DNA from: an uncultured Verrucomicrobiae bacterium
GTDB taxonomy: Bacteria > Verrucomicrobiota > Verrucomicrobiia > Limisphaerales > Palsa-1400
Assembly (NCBI GenBank): GCA_963764165.1
Contig: CAVXRD010000001.1
Span: 672,001 to 736,000 of the forward strand
Direction of reading: 5' to 3'
DNA: 64,000 bases
The position numbers and the translations under genes were made by a program. Shown piece after piece: positions 28,407 through 38,581 of this stretch; the stretch's first letter is position 1; each line of letters begins with the position of its first letter. Below the pieces are notes generated by a model. The model saw only the letters and a program-made list of their open reading frames with translations. It did no database searches and was not told where the DNA came from.

Positions 28407-29312
28407 ATGAACTTTGGCTTCAATCTTGAATGGCCTCCGTATGTGGGGAGCGTGGTTGGAATTCTGGCGAGCGCCGCGGCGGTGATCGGCGCTTTGGTTG
28501 CGGGAGTCCTCATGATGCGCAGGCTGATTCTGGCGTGGCGCAACTGGGGCAAGCCTGTCGCGCTGGGTGCGTTTGCCAGCCGGGCTGACTTGCTGAACGA
28601 GAGCATGCCTGTCGTGGGGCTGCGGGAGGGCAAGGAAGTCGGACGCGCTTTTGACGTCATTTTAGATTTGCAGACGGGATGTGTCGCTGGCTTCCGGGTT
28701 AGGGCGCGCTGGCACAAGCGGCTTTTGCCGTTCGAGCGAGTCAAGAGCATCGGGCGCGATGCAATTACCGTCGAGTCCGCAGCCGAATTGCAGGTGCCGG
28801 ACACGCTGCCGGCGCTGGCCGCGTTGGCAAATTCGAAATACCGGTGGGAGGAATGCGAGGTCGTAACGGAGGCCGGTTCCAAACTTGGAACTGCCTCCTG
28901 GCCCGATCTCTGGTATAACCGGCTCGACGGCGTCGTTGAGCTGGCCATCGAAACATCCCATCATTCAATGATGAACGGTCTGCTCTCGTGGGCCATCGAG
29001 CTGGCCTCGGTATTTCAGCCAATCGACGACTGGATCGGCCAGCCGGCCAAACTCTCGGTGCGAGCGCCGCTGCGCGCGTTTCGCGCCGCCAGCCGCAGAA
29101 TGATCATTCTTAGCACGGAGGGAGAAGCGCAGTTCCAGTCAGCTATGCAAACGCAGGCGCGCCAGACCCGCGAAAGCGTCGACAATTTTCTTGGCAAATT
29201 GAAGGATTTTATGAATCGGCGCTGGCGGGGATGCCCGCGCCCTTCCCCGAGCCCAGGCCTCAGCGCTTCCGCCGCGGCTCCGCAGTCCTCAGGGGCCGAC
29301 CGCAAAGATTAA
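28407..29312 (+). CDS. PRC-barrel domain protein with N-terminal transmembrane helix
   Basis: MPVVGLREGKEVGRAFDVILD and LLPFERVKSIGRDAITV. Confidence 0.7.
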   Translation: MNFGFNLEWPPYVGSVVGILASAAAVIGALVAGVLMMRRLILAWRNWGKPVALGAFASRADLLNESMPVVGLREGKEVGRAFDVILDLQTGCVAGFRVRARWHKRLLPFERVKSIGRDAITVESAAELQVPDTLPALAALANSKYRWEECEVVTEAGSKLGTASWPDLWYNRLDGVVELAIETSHHSMMNGLLSWAIELASVFQPIDDWIGQPAKLSVRAPLRAFRAASRRMIILSTEGEAQFQSAMQTQARQTRESVDNFLGKLKDFMNRRWRGCPRPSPSPGLSASAAAPQSSGADRKD

Positions 29313-29328
29313 TTGCGAACATTGGACT

Positions 29329-30069
29329 TCAGACTCTCCAGGCGCTTTTCCATGGTGACCGCTGTTTGTCACAAGACCACTCGATCAGCCAAGCCCGGGG
29401 CGTGATGCACAACTGGACCACCAAACCAAGGTTCATCAGGGCGATGTGCGCCAAATCCCGCACCGGACGGAAGTGCGATTGCCGCAATTGGCCGGGCTCG
29501 TAACTGCATTGCACCGGAATAGCCACGATCGCCGTGCCGGCCCACGAAGCGCGCACCATTATTTCCAATTCAAACGCGAACCGCCCGGAACGAACCTTCA
29601 GCCGTTGCGCCAGCAAAATGGGGTAGCAGCGAAATCCGCACTGGGAATCGCCAAGGCGAACCCCTGTCTCCACCCGAAACCAAAAGCTGGAAACCGCGTT
29701 GGCCCGCCGGCGGCCAGCGGGGCAGTTCGATGCGTAAAAGTCGCGCACACCTACTATGAGGGCGGCTGGCTTTGCGGCCGCAGCTTCCATCATTTTCGGA
29801 AGATCGGAGGCGAAATGCTGGCCGTCAGCATCCATTGTGATCACATGACTGAAGCCAAGCTCCGCCGCCCGCTTGAAGCCGGCGGCCAGCGCCGCTCCCT
29901 TTCCGCAATTGAACTCCAAACGCAGCGTTCGGCATCCCGGCACTTCCGCCAACGGCACCGCCGACCCGTCGTCCACGATGATAACCGGGCAAAACTCCCG
30001 CGCCGCGCCCGCCACGGCGGCGACGGTGGCGGCGTGGTCAAAACACGGTATGACGATGCAAGGGTTCAC
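29329..30069 (-). CDS. Glycosyltransferase family 2
   Basis: IVIPCF, IVDDGS, GKGAAL, TMDADGQH, DSQCGFRCYP, SHFRP. Confidence 0.92.
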   Translation of the reverse strand: MNPCIVIPCFDHAATVAAVAGAAREFCPVIIVDDGSAVPLAEVPGCRTLRLEFNCGKGAALAAGFKRAAELGFSHVITMDADGQHFASDLPKMMEAAAAKPAALIVGVRDFYASNCPAGRRRANAVSSFWFRVETGVRLGDSQCGFRCYPILLAQRLKVRSGRFAFELEIMVRASWAGTAIVAIPVQCSYEPGQLRQSHFRPVRDLAHIALMNLGLVVQLCITPRAWLIEWSCDKQRSPWKSAWRV

Positions 30070-30145
30070 AGCGGTTGATATTCAGCAACTGACGGATTCG
30101 GTTCGCGACGCAGCCAGGCGCTTAACGCGGCTTGCGCTTAAATTA

Positions 30146-30222
30146 TGGTGCCAGCGAGTGGAATCGAACCACTGACCTCGGGCTTATGAGTCCCACGCTC
30201 TAACCAACTGAGCTACGCTGGC
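30146..30222 (-). tRNA. tRNA with CAT anticodon, most likely elongator tRNA-Met
   Basis: GCCAGCGTAGCTCAGTTGGTTAGAGCGTGGGACTCATAAGCCCGAGGTCAGTGGTTCGATTCCACTCGCTGGCACCA. The G1-C72 pair argues against initiator; Ile2 is not excluded. Confidence 0.95.
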
Positions 30223-30329
30223 TGGCTGTGCCGCCTTATATTTCGCGGACATCGCCCGCCGTGTCAATTTGGATTTTTCCCTTGATTAGCGCCCGTTCGC
30301 ATTTAAGTTGCCCTGAGTAAATCAATTGC

Positions 30330-31292
30330 ATGAAAACACTCAGCCAGTTTGTCCATTTATTTGCCACTGCCGCTTCGGTCGCCGCCGCGGTCGCGATCGT
30401 TATTCCTGCGCAGGCGGGCGATGCCCCGAAGAAAATCCTTTTTTTCTCGAAGTCATCCGGGTTTGAGCATCCGATGATCGTGGAGAAAAACGGCGCCAAG
30501 AGCAAGGCTCAGGTCATTCTGGAGGAGATCGGCAAGCAGCATAATTACGAATTTACGTTCACCAAGGATGGCTCGGTCTTCACGCCGGAGAATATCAAGA
30601 AGTATGACGCTTTCTTTTTTTACACCACCGGAGACTTGACGGAGGCTGGCACCGACAAACATCCTCCCATGAGCAAGGAGGGAAAGGCTGCCTTCCTGGA
30701 AGCAATCTATCGTGGAAAAGGATTCATCGGGACACATTCGGCAACCGACACGTTCCACTCGCCCGGCGGCAAGGAGCACAGCCCTGCGCGATGGCTGTTG
30801 GACGGCGACAATGCCGATCCCTATGTCAAAATGATCGGGGCGGAATTCATTATCCACGGCAACCAGCAGCCCGCGCATCAAATCGTGGTGGATAAGAATT
30901 TTCCGGGAATGGCGGCGGTGCCGGACGGCTTCGGGCCAAACGAAGAGTGGTATTCCCTCAAGAATTTCCAGGCCAATCTGCACGTCCTGCTGGTGCAGGA
31001 CACTTCAACCATGAAGAAGACCGCCAATGATGGCCCGGCCTATGATCGTCCAAATTATCCGTCCACCTGGGCGCGGCTGTACGGCCAAGGCCATGTCTTT
31101 TACACCAGCATGGGCCATCGCGATGACGTCTGGAGCAGCCCGGTGTTTCAATCGGTGCTGATCGGCGGCATTGATTGGGCCGTTGGCCGCGTAAAGGCCG
31201 ACGTCACACCCAATATCAACACCGCCGCGCCCGAAGCAGACGTCCTCCCCCCTCCCCCAAAGCCCGCGCCGCCAAAAGCTGCGAAGAAGTAA
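30330..31292 (+). CDS. ThuA domain-containing secreted protein
   Basis: Signal peptide, KILFFSKSSGFEH, GFIGTHSATDTF, EEWY, VFYTSMGH. Confidence 0.9.
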   Translation: MKTLSQFVHLFATAASVAAAVAIVIPAQAGDAPKKILFFSKSSGFEHPMIVEKNGAKSKAQVILEEIGKQHNYEFTFTKDGSVFTPENIKKYDAFFFYTTGDLTEAGTDKHPPMSKEGKAAFLEAIYRGKGFIGTHSATDTFHSPGGKEHSPARWLLDGDNADPYVKMIGAEFIIHGNQQPAHQIVVDKNFPGMAAVPDGFGPNEEWYSLKNFQANLHVLLVQDTSTMKKTANDGPAYDRPNYPSTWARLYGQGHVFYTSMGHRDDVWSSPVFQSVLIGGIDWAVGRVKADVTPNINTAAPEADVLPPPPKPAPPKAAKK

Positions 31293-31318
31293 GAAGTAAA
31301 TTGTGAGAATGGGATAAA

Positions 31319-32698
31319 ATGGCTGGAGAACCCGTAAGAGTTTTATTAATCGACGACGAGGAGGCATTTTTTATTCTCCTGCGCCGGATGCTGGCCAAGG
31401 TGCCCGGCAAAAAATTCGTCACCGACTGGGCTCCCAACTACGATGAGGGCCTGAAGGCGCTCAAGGAAAACCGCCACGACGCCTGCCTGCTGGATTACCG
31501 CCTCGGGCTCCACACCGGGCTGGAGCTTCTGCGCGAAGCCACCGCGGCGCGCATCCAGGCCCCGATTATCATCTTGACGGGATCGGACGACGCGCGGGTC
31601 GATCTGGAAGCCACCGAATTGGGCGCTGCGGATTTCCTGCTCAAAGATCAATTGGATCCGGTCATCCTGGAGCGGGTGATCCGTTATTCCGTCCAGCACG
31701 CCGCGACGCTCCAGGCGCTCCAGAAAAGCCACGAGCGCTTTCGGCTCCTGTTCGAGCGCAGCCTGGATGCCATTCTCATTTCCGACGATGCCGGCCGGTT
31801 CGTTGAGGCCAATGGCGCGGCGTGCGTGCTGTTCGGTTTGAACCGCGAGCAGGTGCGCGAATGGACGTGGGGCGATCTCTCGGTCGAGGCGCTGGCCCAG
31901 CTCAACGAGCGCCGTTCCGAGGGCCTCGGCGAAATGTCGTTCGTCAAACCCAACGGCGAGCGCTGCTTCATCGAATTTTCCTCCACTCAACTGGCCGCCA
32001 ATCTGAACCTGAGCATTCTGCGCGACGTCACCGACCGCCGCTCGCTTGAGCACGAAATCCAGGAGATCAGCGAGCGCGAGCAGCGGCGGCTCGGGCAGGA
32101 TTTGCACGATGGACTTGGGCAGGCCATGACTGGAATCGCCTTCCTGGCCAAGGTGCTTCAGCAAAAGTTGGAGGCCAAGAATGTTGAGGAAGCAGAGTCT
32201 GCCGGCAACATCGCCAGCCTCATCAACGAAGCGCTGTCGCAAACGCGGCGCCTCTCGCGCGGTTTGTGCCCGGTGGTTTTGGACACCAACGATATTGAAG
32301 CAGCGCTGGAGCAATTGGCGGAAAACCTTCGCAGCATCTTCTCGATTTCCTGCGAACTGCAATGCGATCCAGATATTCAAATCGCCGACAATGCCGTCGC
32401 GGTTCACCTCTATCGCATCGCACAGGAAGCGGCCAGCAACGCAGTCAAGCATGGCCACGCCAAGAATATTCGTTTAAGCCTGCATGGGTCGCCTTCGCGC
32501 CTGATGCTCAAGATCAAGGATGACGGGAATGGCTTTCCCAGCGGCGTGGTCAACGGCAGCGGCAAGGGGAAAGGCATGGGCCTGCGGGTGATGCATCATC
32601 GCGCCCGCATGATTGGCGCCACCATGAACCTGCGCACCCCGAAAGGCGGCGGAGTGACTGTGACTTGCTCGCTGCCGACTCCCAAGGTAAAAAAGTAG
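31319..32698 (+). CDS. Hybrid receiver-PAS-histidine kinase (HisKA_3)
   Basis: VLLIDD...LLDYRL, PAS domain, EQRRLGQDLHDGLGQ, YRIAQEA, DDGNGF, GMGL. Confidence 0.92.
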   Translation: MAGEPVRVLLIDDEEAFFILLRRMLAKVPGKKFVTDWAPNYDEGLKALKENRHDACLLDYRLGLHTGLELLREATAARIQAPIIILTGSDDARVDLEATELGAADFLLKDQLDPVILERVIRYSVQHAATLQALQKSHERFRLLFERSLDAILISDDAGRFVEANGAACVLFGLNREQVREWTWGDLSVEALAQLNERRSEGLGEMSFVKPNGERCFIEFSSTQLAANLNLSILRDVTDRRSLEHEIQEISEREQRRLGQDLHDGLGQAMTGIAFLAKVLQQKLEAKNVEEAESAGNIASLINEALSQTRRLSRGLCPVVLDTNDIEAALEQLAENLRSIFSISCELQCDPDIQIADNAVAVHLYRIAQEAASNAVKHGHAKNIRLSLHGSPSRLMLKIKDDGNGFPSGVVNGSGKGKGMGLRVMHHRARMIGATMNLRTPKGGGVTVTCSLPTPKVKK

Positions 32699-32732
32699 TT
32701 GCGGGATCTAAAAACACCCAGGACAGGCAACC

Positions 32733-34445
32733 ATGATGCAGCCAGAAAATCGCCGGCACCAATGGCTGCTGTGCGCACTTCTCGGCGCGGCGGCGTTTCT
32801 GGCCTTTCTTCCGGCACTGCAGTGCGGGTTCACCAATTTCGACGATCCCGATTATATCACGCTCAACACGCACATTCAAAATGGTGTTTCATGGGCAGGG
32901 TTCAAGTGGGCGATGACCACCGGCTACGCCGTCAATTGGCATCCGCTGACGTGGCTTTCTCACATGGTCGATTGTCAATTATATGACCTCAAGCCGGCCG
33001 GCCATCACCTGACGAACATCCTCCTGCATGCCAGCAACACGATGCTGCTTTTCCTGCTGCTCACCCGATTGACCGGCGCGCCATGGCGGTGCGCGTGGGT
33101 GGCGGCGATCTTTGCGCTGCACCCGTTGCGGGCGGAATCGGTGGTTTGGGTCGCGGAGCGAAAGGATGTCCTAAGCACATTTTTCTGGATGCTGACGGCG
33201 CTCGCCTACGTCCGATACTGCGAAGCCCGCGCCGCCGGGAGCCGGCAGTCAATATTATTTTACATCCTCGCGCTGGCGGCCTTTGCGCTGGGGTTGATGT
33301 CCAAGCCGATGCTGGTGACGCTGCCGTGCGTTCTGCTGCTGCTTGATTATTGGCCGCTTCAGCGATTGCAGCTGAACCGGAATTTTTCGTGGGGCGTCGT
33401 GCTGGAGAAAATTCCATTTCTGGCCATGGCCGCGGCGGACAGCGTTGTCACATATTTGGTGCAGGACAAATCGGGCGTGGTCGCTTCGCTCGCGAAAACA
33501 CCCTTGAACGAGCGGCTGGCAAACTTGCCGGTCGCCTACATCCGCTACTTGGGCAATATTTTTTGGCCTTCGGGATTGGCCGTTTTCTACGGAAGCCGGC
33601 AGTGGACGGCGTTTCAGGCAGGCGGTTCGGCTTTGATTTTGTGCGCTATTACCGGCGTTGCGGTGTGGCAATGGAAAACGCGGCCCTGGCTTATCGTGGG
33701 CTGGCTTTGGTTTGTCGGCATGCTCGTCCCGACGATCGGACTTGTGCATGTGGGGAATCAATCCATCGCCGACCGCTACACCTACGTGCCAAGCGTGGGC
33801 ATCTCTATTATTGTAGCGTGGGGGGTGGCGGAATGGCTGGCCAGCAGGCCGGCCACGCTGCCTGTTGTGGGCGCGGTCGGACTGGGCGCGATTGCTGCCT
33901 GCACTGTCGTGACGGAGCACCAGATTCCATTCTGGCGCACCCCCGTGAGCTTGTTTGTGCGCGTGGCGGACGTGGCCCAGGAAGACAGCATCACCTGCTA
34001 CAACATCGGTTGCGCCGTGATGGATGAGCACAATTACGTCCGCGCCCAGCGCTGTTTCGAGCGCGCCTTGCGTGTGGCCGACGACCAGGTTGCGCCTTCG
34101 CTCATGGCGGACATTAAAAACAATCTCGGCCGCGCTGACCTGGAACTGGGCAATATCCCGGGAGCGGTGAGCAATTTTGAAAGCGCCATCAAAACCAAGC
34201 CGCTCTTCCCGCAAGCCTACTTCAACATGGGCAATGCCTTCACGTCCAATGGCCAGCCGGATGTGGCGGTGGAATGTTATCAAAACGCATTGCGCATGGA
34301 TCAAAATCCGGCCATTTATCGGGCGCTGTCAAATGCATACACGCGGATGGGCGACACGGTGAAAGCAGCCGACGCCGGCTTGCAAGCCAAGCAAGCGGCG
34401 CTGGGCATTGCGCCTGCAAAGGCGCCCACCCCGCCCCGCCCATGA
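32733..34445 (+). CDS. TMTC-like GT-C membrane glycosyltransferase with TPRs (copy 1)
   Basis: NFDDPDY, NWHPLTWLS, FALHPLRAESVVWVAERKD, SKPM, ADRYTY, C-terminal TPRs. Confidence 0.88.
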   Translation: MMQPENRRHQWLLCALLGAAAFLAFLPALQCGFTNFDDPDYITLNTHIQNGVSWAGFKWAMTTGYAVNWHPLTWLSHMVDCQLYDLKPAGHHLTNILLHASNTMLLFLLLTRLTGAPWRCAWVAAIFALHPLRAESVVWVAERKDVLSTFFWMLTALAYVRYCEARAAGSRQSILFYILALAAFALGLMSKPMLVTLPCVLLLLDYWPLQRLQLNRNFSWGVVLEKIPFLAMAAADSVVTYLVQDKSGVVASLAKTPLNERLANLPVAYIRYLGNIFWPSGLAVFYGSRQWTAFQAGGSALILCAITGVAVWQWKTRPWLIVGWLWFVGMLVPTIGLVHVGNQSIADRYTYVPSVGISIIVAWGVAEWLASRPATLPVVGAVGLGAIAACTVVTEHQIPFWRTPVSLFVRVADVAQEDSITCYNIGCAVMDEHNYVRAQRCFERALRVADDQVAPSLMADIKNNLGRADLELGNIPGAVSNFESAIKTKPLFPQAYFNMGNAFTSNGQPDVAVECYQNALRMDQNPAIYRALSNAYTRMGDTVKAADAGLQAKQAALGIAPAKAPTPPRP

Positions 34446-36334
34446 TGCCGTGGGCGGCCAATCACAAGAAATGCGTCATCTGCGCCGGCTTGTGCGCGGC
34501 GGTCCTGCTGGCCTTTTGGCCTGCCCTGCATTTCGGCTTCGTCAATTACGACGATCCGGACTACGTGACGAGAAACTGGCATGTCCGGCACGGCTTGAGC
34601 CTCCGGAATGCGCTCTGGGCATTTACCCATGTCGCGGCCAGCAACTGGCATCCGGTCACTTGGCTCTCGCACATGCTCGATTGCGATTTATTCGGGGTGA
34701 AACCGCCGGGCCATCATCTCACAAGCCTGCTGCTGCACGCGGCAAACGCGGCGCTTCTTTTTATATTGTTGACGCAACTGACCGAAGCGATGGCTCCAAG
34801 CGCCATGGTGGCGGCGATTTTCGCGCTTCACCCGTTGCGGGTTGAATCGGTGGTTTGGATTTCGGAGAGAAAAGACGTTTTGAGCGGACTGTTCTTCCTT
34901 TTGACGTTATTGGCTTATGTCCGCCATGCGAAGAATCCGGAATCAAAAGGCGCCTACGCTTCGTCCCTGGTTTTTTTTGCGCTCGGATTGATGGCAAAGC
35001 CGATGCTCGTGACCGTCCCTTTGATTTTGCTCCTGTTGGATTACTGGCCGCTCCGGCGCTCCGGCCCGGATTCCTCCGGCCATTTGATCGGCGAAAAGAT
35101 TCCATTCTTTGTCCTCTCGATCGCGGCGGGCGCGGCAACGTTTTTGGTGCAAGACCGCGCCGGCGCGGTCGCGGCGTTAAGCCATTACTCGCTTGCGGCG
35201 CGGCTGGCTAACGCGCCCGTCGCCTATGTTCGTTACATCGCGAAAAATTTCTGGCCGGTTGATCTTGTTGCATTTTATCCGCGCACGTATTGGGGTGTGG
35301 CAGAGGTTGCTGGATCGATCTTCGTGCTGGCCGCCATCACCATTTTCGTTCTTTGGAAATGGCGGACTATGCCTTTTCTCGCCGTGGGGTGGTTTTGGTT
35401 TTTGATCATGCTCCTGCCCGTGATCGGAATCGTCCAAGTCGGGGGGCAGTCGATGGCGAATCGTTATACTTACTTGCCAGGAATCGGACTTTGGATTGCG
35501 GTGGTTTGGGGTTTTACCGAATTGCCGTGGAAAGCGGGGGTCTCCGTCGCCGCGGGGGTGGTGATCTTGCTGCTGGCCATTGAAGCGCGCGGCAACACCT
35601 GGGTTTATCAGAACAGCGAAGTTCTTTGGATCCATACTATGAGCGTTTACCCTGACTGCCTCCCGGCGGAGAATAACTTAATCCGCTGCTACATCGAGCG
35701 CGGCAACTGGGACAAAGCCGCCGATGAATGCTCACGCGCCCTGGCGACCAACCCGACCGACCCGAAGGCAAACGACGAAATGTCACAAATTCGTTTGCAT
35801 CAAAATCGCGTCAATGATGCGCTCGAGTATGCGCGAAAGGCCATTGACGAAGAACCGCGGGCCGCCGAATTCCACGAGACACTCGCCATCGCGCTCCTGG
35901 CAAAAGGCGACTTTCCCGCGGCAGCGGACGCCTGCCGCGAAGCGATTGCGCTGGATTCCAGCCAAGCAAAAGCCTGGTGCAATCTCGGCTTTGCCACCCT
36001 TCAGCAAGGCCGGGCTGCCGAGGCGGTGGAAGATTATCTCAAGGCGCTGGCGCTGGATCCGGACTACGCGCTCGCGCACAATGATCTCGGCAGCATTTAC
36101 CTCCGGCAAAAACAGATGGATGACGCCGGAGCCGAGTTTCAACGCGCCGTCGATTCCAATCCAAATTACGCCGAGGCGCATTACAATTTGGCCGGCGTGC
36201 TGGCGGAGCGCGGAAATTTGGATGAAGCAATTGCGCACTGCCAGCGCGCCCTCGAACTTCTGCCGCAATTGACACCGGCGCGGCAGAGGCTGGCGGCGCT
36301 GCAGGCGCAACGGGAAAGGAGTCATGCCCGCTGA
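34442..36334 (+). CDS. TMTC-like GT-C membrane glycosyltransferase with TPRs (copy 2)
   Basis: NYDDPDY, NWHPVTWLS, HPLRVESVVWISERKD, ANRYTY, TPRs. ATGA overlap with copy 1. Confidence 0.88.
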   Translation: MMPWAANHKKCVICAGLCAAVLLAFWPALHFGFVNYDDPDYVTRNWHVRHGLSLRNALWAFTHVAASNWHPVTWLSHMLDCDLFGVKPPGHHLTSLLLHAANAALLFILLTQLTEAMAPSAMVAAIFALHPLRVESVVWISERKDVLSGLFFLLTLLAYVRHAKNPESKGAYASSLVFFALGLMAKPMLVTVPLILLLLDYWPLRRSGPDSSGHLIGEKIPFFVLSIAAGAATFLVQDRAGAVAALSHYSLAARLANAPVAYVRYIAKNFWPVDLVAFYPRTYWGVAEVAGSIFVLAAITIFVLWKWRTMPFLAVGWFWFLIMLLPVIGIVQVGGQSMANRYTYLPGIGLWIAVVWGFTELPWKAGVSVAAGVVILLLAIEARGNTWVYQNSEVLWIHTMSVYPDCLPAENNLIRCYIERGNWDKAADECSRALATNPTDPKANDEMSQIRLHQNRVNDALEYARKAIDEEPRAAEFHETLAIALLAKGDFPAAADACREAIALDSSQAKAWCNLGFATLQQGRAAEAVEDYLKALALDPDYALAHNDLGSIYLRQKQMDDAGAEFQRAVDSNPNYAEAHYNLAGVLAERGNLDEAIAHCQRALELLPQLTPARQRLAALQAQRERSHAR

Positions 36335-38336
36335 AACTCCCGTTCGGCCGAGGCGCGTTCTGCTCCTGGCGGCGATCTTGGTCGCGGCGGTTTTCTTTGC
36401 TTACAAACCCGCGTGGAACGCCGGATTTATTTGGGACGATGACATCTATGTGACACACAATCGGCTTCTCACCGCGCCGGACGGATTGAAACGGATCTGG
36501 ATGACGACCGATTCGCCTTCGCAATATTTCCCGCTTGTTTACACCGCGTTGCGAGTGGAGCGCAGCGCGTGGGGATTGAATTCGACCGGTTACCATTTGG
36601 TGAATATTGGATTGCACGCCGCGAATGCGCTTTTGCTTTGGATGCTGCTGCGGCGTCTGCGCGTTCCCGGCGCATGGCTGGCGGCGGCGCTGTTTGCCCT
36701 GCATCCGGTGCAGGTCGAATCGGTGGCGTGGGTGACGGAACTGAAAAACGTCCTCTCGTTTTTCTTTTGCCTGCTGGCGGGCCTGGCTTGGTCGGAATTT
36801 CTCGAAGACGGCGCCAACCTTTGGCTGTTCTACTTTGCCGCGCTGGCGTTCGAGGCGCTCGCGCTTTTCGCCAAGACAACGGCCTGCACATGGCCCGTCG
36901 GATTGCTGGTGATTGTTGCGATTAAAGGCCAGCCAGTCAATTCGCGGCGCATCCGGCAAATCGTTCCATTCTTCGTGCTCGGGCTGGCGATGGGCCTGGT
37001 CAGCGTGTGGTGGGAACGGCACCACCAATTTGCGACTGGAGATATTTTCAAAGTCGGAATCGCTGGCAGATTCTTGATCGCGAGCCACGCCATTTGGTTT
37101 TACCTGGGAAAACTAATCTGGCCCTCCCACTTGGCTTTCAGTTACGAGCGATGGCATATCGATCCGCGCCAGCTCGCGCAATACTTGTGGCTGCTGGCCG
37201 CCCTTGGCGCGGCTTCGGCGCTTTGGTTCGCGCATCGCGCCGTCAAACTGGCGGCCGTTTATTACGTCCTGATGCTCGGTCCGCTGCTCGGTTTCATCAT
37301 GAATTATTCGTTCCGCTACAGCTTTGTGGCGGATCACTACCAATACATGGCTTGCGCCGGGCCTTTGATCCTGCTCGCGGCCGCGATTGACAGAGCCGGG
37401 TCGCTTTTTGGGGAGACAAAGCGAAACGCGCTTTGCGTCATATTATTGACAACGCTTGGAGTTCTGACGTGGCGGCAGTGCCTGCAATATAAAGACAGCG
37501 AGGCGCTCTGGCGGGCCACGCTGCGCAGCACGCCATCTTCGACCATCGCGCGCAACGATCTCGCGGCCGCGCTGCTCGACCAGCATCGCGACGCGGAGGC
37601 GGCCGAACTTTCGCGGCAGACTCTGAAGATGGATGCGGGAAATGCCGTGGCGGAAAACAATCTCGGCCTCGCGCTCTTGGAAGAAGGCCATGCGGACGAG
37701 GCCGCGCCGCACTTGCAGCACGCCGTTGCCTTGTCTCCGAATTTGCCAAGCCCCTATTACAATCTCGGCCGCATCTGCCTTCAGCAGCACCGCTATGACG
37801 CCGCGATCACCAATTTTCAAACCGCGATTCGCCTGCAGCCGGATTACCCGGAAGCATTTTGCAATCTCGGTTTCGCCTTGCTGCAGACCGGCCAGATTGC
37901 GCCCGCGATCGCAAATTATGAAACCTCCGTCGCGCTTGATCCGAATTATTCTCTTGCCCACAACGATCTTGGCAGCATTCGATTGCGGCAGGGGCAAACC
38001 AACGAAGCGCTGGCGCATTTCAAAATCGCGGCGGAACAAGGGCCGGATTTCGTCGAGGCGCACTACAACCTGGCCGGAGTTTTAATGGCGCAAAATCAGT
38101 TGGACGAATCATTGAGTCAATACGAGAAAGTAATTCAATTGCGACCGCGCCTGCCCGAAGCCCACTTCATGCTTGGCAGACTGGCGATGGCGTATGCGCG
38201 AATCGGGCAAAGCGGGCGCGCGGTGGAAATCACCAAACGCGCCGTTGACTTGGCTCAAGCGGGCGGCCCGGCCGAAGCTGACCTGGCGAAGAATTTGAAA
38301 GCGCAATTGAGTGCGCTTTCAGCGCCTGCTCACTGA
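36324..38336 (+). CDS. TMTC-like GT-C membrane glycosyltransferase with TPRs (copy 3)
   Basis: FIWDDD, HPVQVESVAWVTELKN, VADHYQY, TPRs. Confidence 0.88.
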   Translation: MPAETPVRPRRVLLLAAILVAAVFFAYKPAWNAGFIWDDDIYVTHNRLLTAPDGLKRIWMTTDSPSQYFPLVYTALRVERSAWGLNSTGYHLVNIGLHAANALLLWMLLRRLRVPGAWLAAALFALHPVQVESVAWVTELKNVLSFFFCLLAGLAWSEFLEDGANLWLFYFAALAFEALALFAKTTACTWPVGLLVIVAIKGQPVNSRRIRQIVPFFVLGLAMGLVSVWWERHHQFATGDIFKVGIAGRFLIASHAIWFYLGKLIWPSHLAFSYERWHIDPRQLAQYLWLLAALGAASALWFAHRAVKLAAVYYVLMLGPLLGFIMNYSFRYSFVADHYQYMACAGPLILLAAAIDRAGSLFGETKRNALCVILLTTLGVLTWRQCLQYKDSEALWRATLRSTPSSTIARNDLAAALLDQHRDAEAAELSRQTLKMDAGNAVAENNLGLALLEEGHADEAAPHLQHAVALSPNLPSPYYNLGRICLQQHRYDAAITNFQTAIRLQPDYPEAFCNLGFALLQTGQIAPAIANYETSVALDPNYSLAHNDLGSIRLRQGQTNEALAHFKIAAEQGPDFVEAHYNLAGVLMAQNQLDESLSQYEKVIQLRPRLPEAHFMLGRLAMAYARIGQSGRAVEITKRAVDLAQAGGPAEADLAKNLKAQLSALSAPAH

Positions 38337-38374
38337 ACCATCACCGTGCGGATGAAAGGGCAAACCCAAAAAAT

Positions 38375-38556
38375 TTGAGACAGGATAAAAAGCCGGCGCG
38401 CGAATGTGACAATGCATTTTGACTCCCCTTTGTTTTCTTTGTTACCTTCTGTTAAGATTTCTTTTGCAACAAGGAAGCAAAGGCAACGAAGAATTCCGTC
38501 TTGCCACCCAACTCTGAAATCCCAGGCCTTTATCCTGTTCATCCTGTCTAAATTCC
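38375..38556. repeat. Cluster of short periodic repeats between convergent genes
   Basis: GACAGGATAAA / TTTATCCTGTTCATCCTGTC inverted pair, and CTTTGTTACCTTCTGTTAA resembling 5125-5143. Confidence 0.55.
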
Positions 38557-38581
38557 GTGTTTTAATTGCCCTGTTCGGCAG

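Noticed and set aside
30146..30222. tRNA as an integration site for a genomic island
   Set aside because: No integrase, and I saw no duplicated tRNA 3' end in the window.
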